DNA from: Octopus sinensis
Taxonomy: Eukaryota
Direction: 5' to 3'
Length of the DNA stretch: 6,210 nucleotides
Assembly (NCBI RefSeq): GCF_006345805.1
Contig: NW_021829431.1
Span: forward strand, 1-6,210
Under the pieces are notes generated by a model, which saw only the letters and a program-made list of their open reading frames with translations, ran no database searches and had not been told where the DNA came from. A program made the position numbers and the translations under genes. Of the stretch, positions 1 to 6,110 are shown one piece after another. Each line of letters starts with the position of its first letter. Within the stretch, counting starts at the first letter, position 1.

Positions 1-220
1 ATATATATATATATATATAAATATACAAACGTATACGCACACACAACACACACATATATATATGTATATATATATATATATATATATACATACATAGATA
101 CATGCATGCATACACACATATATATACACTTATGTATATGTATATATATATACATACATACATCCACATATATATATATATATATATATACAGCCATATA
201 TATATACATACATACATGCG

Positions 221-251
<31 letters not shown>

Positions 252-291
252 ACTTATATCTATGTATATATACACATGCATACATGCACAT

Positions 292-332
<41 letters not shown>

Positions 333-340
333 CATATATA
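1..340. repeat. Compound microsatellite (TA)n/(CA)n/(TACA)n
   Basis: Directly visible dinucleotide and tetranucleotide runs. They explain the Y/I/H/T-rich ORFs 102..341 and 106..351. Confidence 0.97.
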
Positions 341-706
341 AAAGGGCTTAGTAAAATAAATTACTTTGCCGCATACTGAACTCATTAGAAATAGCAGCTA
401 AAAAAATTTTTTAAAGCTATTTCTAATACTTAAAGAGAATCTCTCTCATATATAGTGTTTGCTTAATTCAACTCACAAAAGTTTGGGGGTAAGGACATCG
501 AAAAATCAAATGCTAAGGTTAACCTTAGCATTTGATTTTTCGATGTCCTTACCCCCAAACTTTTGTGAGTTGAATTAAGCAAACACTATATATGAGAGAG
601 ATTCTCTTTAAGTATTAGAAATAGCTTTAAAAAATTTTTTTAGCTGCTATTTCTAATGAGTTCAGTATGCGGCAAAGTAATTTATTTTACTAAGCCCTTT
701 TATATA
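335..706. repeat. Perfect 372-bp palindrome (186-bp arms, zero spacer), fold-back/MITE-like
   Basis: Checked block by block: position i pairs with 1041-i from 335 to 706 with no mismatch. Centre is GCTAAGGTT|AACCTTAGC (520/521). Both ends are TATATA (335-340, 701-706), which is also a direct repeat. Confidence 0.95.
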
Positions 707-836
707 ATGTAATAATTTGAATTCGCCTTGAATGGTCCCTTTGCATACTGAACACTTGGTGAAATTGATTAATAATTAATTAATTTTGCCCTCAATTGTT
801 GAAATTATACATACATATATATACACTTTAATATAA

Positions 837-886
837 TCTTTTATTTGTTTCAGTCATTTAACTGCAGCCATGCTGGAGCACCACCT
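837..886 (-). mobile_element. 3'-tail fragment of tRNA-derived SINE family A
   Basis: TCTTTTATTTGTTTCAGTCATTTAACTGCAGCCATGCTGGAGCACCACCT aligns with the tail of the full-length copy at about 2558-2608. Confidence 0.85.
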
Positions 887-959
887 GTATATATAATTAC
901 ATATATATATATATATATATATAAATTGATCAAAATAAAAACATGATGCGAAGGATTCA

Positions 960-1040
960 GCGGTACATATGTTTCGGGCCTTTATTAGACAGATTTATAA
1001 CAATGCATAATGTATGTCTGTGGCCTTCTTCAGCAGCCGC
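960..1040 (-). ncRNA. Mirror hammerhead ribozyme copy with a 3-nt insertion at the helix I/core junction
   Basis: The minus strand reads GCGG-CUG-CUGAAGA-A-GGCC...GGCC-C-GAAAC-AUAU-GUA-CCGC. Core CUGAAGA is at 1033-1027 and GAAA at 975-972. The extra CUG (1036-1034) separates helix I from the core. Confidence 0.7.
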
Positions 1041-1097
1041 GCACAACAGCTTCCACAAGGACATGTGTTACACATGTCCTTGTGGAAGCTGTTGTGC

Positions 1098-1175
1098 GCG
1101 GCTGACGAAGGCCACAGACATACATTATGCATTGTTATAAATCTGTCTAATAAAGGCCCGAAACATATGTACCGC
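1098..1175 (+). ncRNA. Minimal type I hammerhead ribozyme (Penelope-like), predicted GUA cleavage after 1171
   Basis: Helix I GCGG(1098-1101)/CCGC(1172-1175); core CUGACGA (1102-1108) plus an extra A; helix II GGCC(1110-1113)/GGCC(1155-1158), extended by ACAGA(1114-1118)/UCUGU(1142-1146); GAAA (1160-1163); 2-bp helix III AC/GU closed by the palindromic loop AUAU (1165-1168); NUH = GUA (1169-1171). Confidence 0.8.
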
Positions 1176-1292
1176 TGAATCCTTCGCATCATGTTTTTAT
1201 TTTGATCAATTTACTCCACCACCTACACCACCAAACGGTATACACAGGTGCTTATAATTATCAAGTACTCACCCCGAATTTCTATACTCAAC

Positions 1293-1616
1293 TATATATA
1301 TATATATATATATGTAACGTATATATAATATACATATATATAAATAGACATATGATACATATATATATGTGTGTGTGTATGTGTATGTATATATATATAT
1401 ACACCTATATATAATACACACATATATAAATATACATATGTGTGTGTATGTGTGTATGTATACATATACACGTATATATAATATACATATGTGTAAATAT
1501 GTAAATGTATGTTTATGTGGGTGGGTGTGTATACGTATCTGTGTATACATATTTCTCCATGCACACGTATACACACACATATAAATATATACATATACAT
1601 GTATATAAACACACAC
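1293..1616. repeat. Compound (TA)n/(TG)n/(CA)n microsatellite
   Basis: Directly visible. Source of low-complexity ORF translations. Confidence 0.95.
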
Positions 1617-1876
1617 ATCTCCCAGGGGAAAGACGATGTATTGATCTTCTTCCATAGGGGCGGAAAGATTGAAAAGGTGATGGAAAAGCACCATAAAGGA
1701 GCACCTTCAGCCTTCACACAGGACCCCGAATGGCCCCCGCAGATAGCTGTGGAGGCCACGACGTTCGACGTGACGTTTGAACTGGAGAAACTCAATCGCT
1801 TGTACCCGGGCAACGCTAACACGGAACTCGATAAGGTTTTGGAAGAGGCGTGGAGGATGGCAGAGGATGCGGGCAC
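1617..1876 (+). pseudogene. GC-rich orphan coding-like fragment of unknown origin (ISQGKDDVLIFFHRGG...EEAWRMAEDAG)
   Basis: Stop-free frame within ORF 1509..1958, about 54% GC and about 65% GC3 by hand count, CpG-rich, with a protein-like composition. It has no start of its own (the ORF start lies in the microsatellite) and the C-terminus is SINE sequence. No family recognised. Confidence 0.4.
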
Positions 1877-1973
1877 AAGTCCCGAGGTCGATTTGTTCGA
1901 CAAAAGGCGGTGCTCCAGTATGGCCGCAGTCAAATGTCTGAAAGAAGTCAAAGAATAAAAGAATAAAAGAATA
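1877..1973 (+). mobile_element. 3' end of SINE family A with (AAAGAATA)3 tail
   Basis: AAGTCCCGAGGTCGATTTGTTCGACAAAAGGCGGTGCTCCAGTATGGCCGCAGTCAAATG matches the reverse complement of about 2540-2630. The tail unit is repeated at 1950-1957, 1958-1965 and 1966-1973. Confidence 0.9.
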
Positions 1974-2008
1974 TGTACACACACACACACACACCACACA
2001 TATATAAA

Positions 2009-2264
2009 TTGGATTGGTGCATAATTAACTATTGCCTTCTTTTCAACAAATTTTATTCAACAAAAACAATAACAATATTTAACAAAAAACATCTTTAAAT
2101 GACGGTCTGACCGTCTACCAAGGCAAATGCGAAGCAGTAATTGAAGTAGATGGTGAATATGCTCCGGAATAATCATTTAAAGCTGATTTTGTTATAGGTT
2201 GTTATTGTTTATTTTTAAATAAAATCTGTTGAGAAAAAAACCGCAATAATTATGGACCAACCTA

Positions 2265-2265
<1 letters not shown>
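2009..2265 (+). mobile_element. Non-autonomous mariner (MITE) with transposase C-terminal remnant
   Basis: Imperfect TIRs: TTGGATTGGTGCATAATTA (2009-) and the reverse complement TTAGGTTGGTCCATAATTATTGCGG (-2265), resembling Hsmar1-type TIRs. TA follows at 2266-2267. 2101-2172 translates to DGLTVYQGKCEAVIEVDGEYAPE*, like the mariner transposase end (W..vi...G.Y). Confidence 0.85.
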
Positions 2266-2267
<2 letters not shown>

Positions 2268-2316
<49 letters not shown>

Positions 2317-2352
2317 TAATAATAATAATGATGATGATGATGATAATAATAT
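2268..2352. repeat. (AAT)n/(GAT)n trinucleotide microsatellite
   Basis: Directly visible. It starts at the MITE's right terminus. Confidence 0.95.
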
Positions 2353-2476
2353 TACGTTTTATTTATTATTTTGCACATTACTTAATCATTGTTATATGTA
2401 ATCTTTCTAAAAAAAATATAAATGGTATAATTTAATTTTTCATAATTGAATTGATAAAAGAGTTTTTTTTTCTATT

Positions 2477-2492
2477 TATATATATATATTAT

Positions 2493-2540
<48 letters not shown>
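2477..2540. repeat. (AT)n microsatellite
   Basis: Directly visible. Confidence 0.95.
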
Positions 2541-2541
<1 letters not shown>

Positions 2542-2953
2542 TCTTTTACTCTTTTACTCTTTTACTTGTTTCAGTCATTGACTGCGGCCATGCTGGAGCA
2601 CCGCCTTTAATCGAGCAACTCGACTCCGGGGTTTTATTTTGTAAGCCCAGTACTTATTCTATCGGTCTGTTTTGCCGAACCGCTAAGTAACGGGACATAA
2701 ACACACCAGCATCGGTTGTTAGGCAATGCTAGGGGACAAACACAGTCACACAAACACACACACGCATATATATATATATATACATATATACGACTGGCTT
2801 CTTTCAGTTTCCGTCTGCCAAATCCACTCACAAGGCTTTGGTCGGCCCAAGGTTATCGTAGAAGACACTTGCCCAAGGTGCCACGCAGTGGGACTGAACC
2901 CGGAACCATGTGGTTGGTAGACAAGCTACTTACCACACAGCCACTCCTGCGCC
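2540..2953 (-). mobile_element. Full-length tRNA-derived SINE family A (CORE-like), with internal microsatellite and (AAAAGAGT)n tail
   Basis: Minus-strand head GGCGCAGGAGTGGCTGTGTGGT; Pol III A box at 2943-2932; B box GGTTCAGTCCC at 2900-2890; CORE-like ACCTTGGGCAAGT; internal (CA)/(TA) tract at about 2749-2790; tandem tail at 2540-2565. It resembles octopus SINEs from recall. Confidence 0.9.
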
Positions 2954-2976
2954 TATATATATATTTTTTTTTTGTT

Positions 2977-3100
2977 GGGCTTCTTTCCGTTTCCATCTAC
3001 CAAATCTGTTCACAAGACTTTGGTCGGCCTGAAGCTGTAGCAGAAGGCGCTTGCTCAAGACGCCACGCAGTGGTACTGAACCCGGAACCATGTGGTTTGG
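2977..3100 (-). mobile_element. Partial, more diverged SINE family A copy (B box plus core, no A box, no 3' half)
   Basis: Aligns to about 2796-2918 (GGCTTCTTTC...ACTGAACCCGGAACCATGTGG) and sits head-to-tail with the full-length copy. Confidence 0.88.
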
Positions 3101-3271
3101 AGAGAATACCCCCTCCCCTTCTGTCACTGCCCGCACTACCTGTTCACGAGCCCAGGCGTTCTTTGCTGGTGACCCTTGAAAATTCCTGGCGTTCGTGTTG
3201 CGAACTTGCGATTGGCAGCCTTTGACCGAGCAGGTTGTTCGGAAGGCTATGACATGCAGACATCAGTGAGA

Positions 3272-3283
3272 ATATATATATGT

Positions 3284-3343
<60 letters not shown>

Positions 3344-3430
3344 GTATGTATATTTGTGTGAGAATGAGAGAGAGAGAGAGAAAGAAAGAGAAAGAAAGAC
3401 AGAGAAGGGGAGAGGGGGCGAAAGGGAAGG
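3272..3430. repeat. (AT)n followed by a GA-rich low-complexity tract
   Basis: Directly visible. Confidence 0.93.
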
Positions 3431-3771
3431 ACATACAGCTAGCTTAATAGTCTATGTATTGGAGTTTACTTACTGCCATATTGAAGAGTTGGAATAGAGC
3501 CAACTAGAAGCGTTGAGGCATTCTTTGATGGAGCGAAGCTGTCGGGTGGTTATTTTGATTCTGAGACAGCAAAAACACAGTGTTTTTCAGTGCCAGGTTA
3601 GTTTCATTACAGCTAAGAATAAATAAACCCTTAAACAGATTTTATCGGCCTCTATACAGGAGATAAAAATTTCGCTGGGGTTGGGCCTATTTCAACAGAA
3701 AAATTGAAGTCAGTTCGCAGGTGTAGCTCGAAACCGTGAAGCTTCTCTTGAAAAATAGCAATAGTTATAGT

Positions 3772-3855
3772 GGTTTCAGATTTTGTCACAAGGCCAGCAG
3801 TTCTGGGGGAGGGGTAAACTGTTTATACCGATCCCCAGCGTTTAGCTGGTACTTA
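3772..3855 (-). mobile_element. 3' part of tRNA-derived SINE family B, interrupted by the CR1 insertion
   Basis: GGTTTCAGATTTTGTCACAAGGCCAGCAGT matches 4547-4576 of the second family-B copy. The sequence continues to CTGGTACTTA at the LINE tail. Confidence 0.8.
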
Positions 3856-4455
3856 GTTAGTTAGTTAGTTAGTTAATATTTGGCTCAAAAAGCAAAAAAG
3901 CAAGGCCATGTAGGGGGACATGGAGTTATGTACAGGGTGGTGTTCATGTAAAGAGTTCGGGCCACTTGTGGTCAAGGGAGACTTTGAACCGAGCGGTCAT
4001 CGGCATCTTCACTATCTCGTCCGGCAGCTTATTCCACGGATGCGCAACACGGACGGAGAAATCCCCTCTCCTTCGATTGAGATGAAACCATCGCAGATAG
4101 AGCTTTTCGGAGTGACCCCGCAGCCTTACACTCTGGAGCAGGAGTGAAGAACAGCTCTTTCGAGAGGTTACACTTTCCGCTTATGATGTTGTGAGCAAGA
4201 ATGAGATCACCACGGCGGCGGCGTTTTTCTAGAGAATAAAGGTCGAGCGTCTTCAGCCTTTCTTCATAAGACAAATTCTTGAGACCACGAACCATGCGGG
4301 TAGCCAGCTTCTGGACTCTTTCAAGATGCTGTATGTCTTTGAGGAGATAAGGAGAAGAGGCTTGAATCCCGTACTCCAATATGGGTCTCACCAGCGTGAC
4401 ATAGAGCGGTAGGAATATGGCTGCTGTGAGCATTCCGAATGACCGTCGAATCAAA
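3853..4455 (-). mobile_element. 5'-truncated CR1-clade LINE (ORF2 C-terminus, 3' UTR stem-loop, (TAAC)5 tail)
   Basis: Translation LIRRSF...LYVTLVRPILEY...LERVQKLATRMV...SYEERL..L.LYSLEKRR.RGDLI; after one frameshift near 4127 it continues RLRGHSEKL...FSVRVAHPWNKLP...FKVSLD...FT* (stop at 3946-3944). These are typical CR1 ORF2 C-terminal motifs. Tail (TTAG)n is at 3853-3875. Confidence 0.93.
3906..3923 (-). other. LINE 3' UTR stem-loop CCAUGU-CCCCCU-ACAUGG
   Basis: 6-bp perfect stem with a 6-nt loop about 30 nt upstream of the tandem tail. A 3' stem-loop for RT recognition is established in the CR1/L2 group; function here is inferred. Confidence 0.6.
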
Positions 4456-4540
4456 TGGCAAAGTCTACCTGGGTGGAATTTGAACGAAATCCCGCTAAGC
4501 GTGTTCACCAGCGTGCTAAAGATACCGCCAGTTCGCCGCC
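4455..4540 (-). mobile_element. 5' part of the interrupted SINE family B copy
   Basis: GGCAAAGTCTACC...GAATTTGAAC...CCGCTAAGC...GCGTGCTAAAGATACCGCCAGTTCGCCGCC aligns to 4578-4682 of the neighbouring copy, with a short internal deletion. Confidence 0.75.
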
Positions 4541-4546
4541 TTTCAT

Positions 4547-4682
4547 GTTTTCAAATTTTGACGCAAGGCCAGCAGTAGGCAAGGTCGACCTTCGCAGAGT
4601 TTGAACTCAGAACGGGAATGGACGGACAATATAACGCTAAACATTTTGCCCGATGTGCTAACGATTCTGCCAGATCACCGCC
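4547..4682 (-). mobile_element. Internally deleted SINE family B copy
   Basis: Minus-strand head GGCGGTGATCTGGCAGAATCGTTAGC; A box TGGCAGAATCGT (4672-4661); B box GAGTTCAAACTC (4608-4597); internal deletion at 4576/4577 relative to the first copy. Confidence 0.85.
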
Positions 4683-4705
4683 TTCAGAACCACAATAATG
4701 ATTAA

Positions 4706-4763
4706 CTATCATACTCTCCTCTCTCTCTCTCTCTTTCTTTCACTCTCTCTCTGTCTCTGTCTG

Positions 4764-4836
<73 letters not shown>

Positions 4837-4877
4837 ATATCTATCTATCTATCTATCTATTTATGTATATACATACA

Positions 4878-4913
<36 letters not shown>

Positions 4914-4917
4914 TATA
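4706..4917. repeat. Compound (CT)n-(CTAT)n-(CATA)n-(TA)n microsatellite
   Basis: Directly visible. (CTAT)n spans 4765-4860 with one interruption. Confidence 0.97.
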
Positions 4918-5037
4918 GGAGAGTATTGTAGTTCGCTTGAAGCATTGTGTATTGTTTGTAAAAATATAAAGTGTCTTGAATGACACAACAAAGCACTATA
5001 ATACAAAAATGGACTATAACTGTTGTAAATTAATCAT

Positions 5038-5038
<1 letters not shown>

Positions 5039-5088
<50 letters not shown>
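5039..5088. repeat. (CA)20-(TA)n microsatellite
   Basis: Directly visible. Probably the expanded internal microsatellite of the adjacent SINE relic. Confidence 0.95.
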
Positions 5089-5089
<1 letters not shown>

Positions 5090-5111
5090 GTCTGTGTGCG
5101 TATGTGTCTCT

Positions 5112-5300
5112 CTGTGTGTATGTTTGTTCGTTGTCCTCACACGCCTTGGCGATCGGTGTTGGTCTGTTTACATTCCAGCTATTTAGTGGCTCGGCAATAC
5201 CAGACTTGCAAGCAAAGACCAGGGTAGGACTGTTGGAGTAAATCCTTGAAGGCGGTGCCCCCAACATGGCCACTGTCCAATATCCGAAATAAGTAAAAGT
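5112..5300 (+). mobile_element. Diverged 3' half of a SINE family A relative
   Basis: GTGTTGGTCTGTTTAC...GCTCGGCAA...GAAGGCGGTGCCCCCAACATGGCC...GAAATAAGTAAAAG parallels the reverse complement of 2540-2745. Confidence 0.7.
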
Positions 5301-5404
5301 AAATAATAAAACCGGAATTTGAACCTCGTTCCTAATTAATTTTTCAAAACCTTATCACCTATAAATGACAGAGCAAGGGGATGCATAAGTCTAGTACTAG
5401 TGGT

Positions 5405-6110
5405 GGGGGGATCCTCTCTGTTTCTCGATTTATCATATCTGCAATGCTCTTGCAGCTGTCATTCGACACCGAAATCCTGGATACGCAGTTGGACATCACG
5501 AGCAAACCACCATAGTTTCACGTGGTCGGTTTATTAACCGAACACTCGCGTAAAGCAATGGCGTGGATGCATTTCCTCGAGCATTCCCGTATTCAACTTC
5601 CGGTCCTCCATAAAAACCGTTCAGCGCATATTTTTACCAGCCAGACGACGCAAGAATGCAGTTAAAGTAGATGGTGCTGATAGATGACTGGAACCTTCCT
5701 GACCACGAGTATAGCAAAATGGTTTCCAGTTATGGCTAGCAATCCGCATGTTGTCGGTATCAATAACTTGTCGTACACTCGCCCAGTATGAACTTAAACT
5801 CTATCGGGATGTCTCTCCCAGTATGTAATCATTGCTGTAAAAAATCAACGCAGCTTGTCTTTATATGCGACAATAAACTCTCTTGTTAAATGTCCACGGG
5901 TGTTGTTCAGTCACTTCCTCAACTCGACCATAACAGCCAACATAATTCAGATCGCAACACTTTCTAGGGTTAAGCATTGAGAAGTAGAGATGTCAGTCGC
6001 TGTCCAGAACTACACAGGAATCTACGAAGAGGTAGCGAAAGCTTGGCATAGGCTTAACCATTACCTACAAGTAATGGCTAAAATTATTCTTTTAGTTTCT
6101 TGTGTCCCGA
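5405..6110 (+). pseudogene. Probable decayed Polinton/Maverick protein-primed DNA polymerase B fragment
   Basis: Motifs occur in the expected order across frameshifts and stops: DP (5410-5415), AVIR (5455-5466), HSRKAMAWMHFLEH (5543-5584), VKVDG (5661-5675), V*QNG...W (5709-5735), LVFICD (5854-5871), RNTF*G (5953-5970), DVSRCP resembling DV.SLYP (5989-6006), PLPTSNG/KLFF (6058-6092). Compared with a remembered consensus, not searched. Several spacings require deletions. Confidence 0.5.

Larger units (their letters stand above)
922..1213. mobile_element. Near-perfect 292-bp palindrome (147/144-bp arms, 1-nt loop at 1069); probable inverted pair of Penelope-like element or retrozyme 3' ends
   Basis: The arms are reverse complements except for one substitution (1029 vs 1106) and one CAG duplication (1034-1036). 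Each arm contains a hammerhead motif. The palindrome is seen directly; the PLE origin is inference from the hammerhead type. Confidence 0.7.

Noticed and set aside
102-351. ORFs rich in Y/I/H/T/C/V here and at 1202-1704, 3144-3497, 4698-4931 and 4976-5273
   Set aside because: Translations of microsatellites that lack stop codons; not genes.
645-690. Possible degenerate hammerhead in palindrome 1 (CTAATGAG...CAAAGTAATTTA)
   Set aside because: Both core segments deviate (CUAAUGA, CAAA) and no helix I can be formed.
739-755. CTTTGCATACTGAACAC resembles palindrome arm 364-383 (11-bp exact match plus a gapped extension)
   Set aside because: Too short and not extendable. It could be chance or a very old related fragment.
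943-1192. Two nearly identical 65-aa Cys-rich ORFs on opposite strands (943..1140 + and 995..1192 -)
   Set aside because: An automatic consequence of the palindrome. No recognisable domain, and the sequence is better explained as RNA structure.
882-1250. 12-bp imperfect inverted repeat CACCTGTATATA (882-893) / TATACACAGGTG (1239-1250) around palindrome 2
   Set aside because: Partly made of TA repeat and SINE sequence and not symmetric about the palindrome. Insufficient as TIRs.
2634-3225. ORFs 2634..2831, 2716..3225, 2726..2920 and 2930..3136
   Set aside because: They run through SINE copies and their internal microsatellite. The apparent peptide repeats reflect the tandem SINEs.
3497-3602. 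Possible exon (EPTRSVEAFFDGAKLSGGYFDSETAKTQCFSVP) or 6-nt microexon ending at donor CAG|GTTAGT (3596/3597)
   Set aside because: No convincing acceptor for the longer exon, no recognisable homology, and no other exons in the window.
3920-4508. ORF 4029..4508 as an intact gene and ORF 3920..4147 on the + strand
   Set aside because: The first 17 or so residues of 4029..4508 come from SINE DNA and the end is out of frame after the frameshift near 4127. The + ORF is merely antisense to the LINE.
5340-6050. Protein-looking minus-strand frame with scattered stops
   Set aside because: No family motifs recognised. The + strand pPolB motif series explains the region better.
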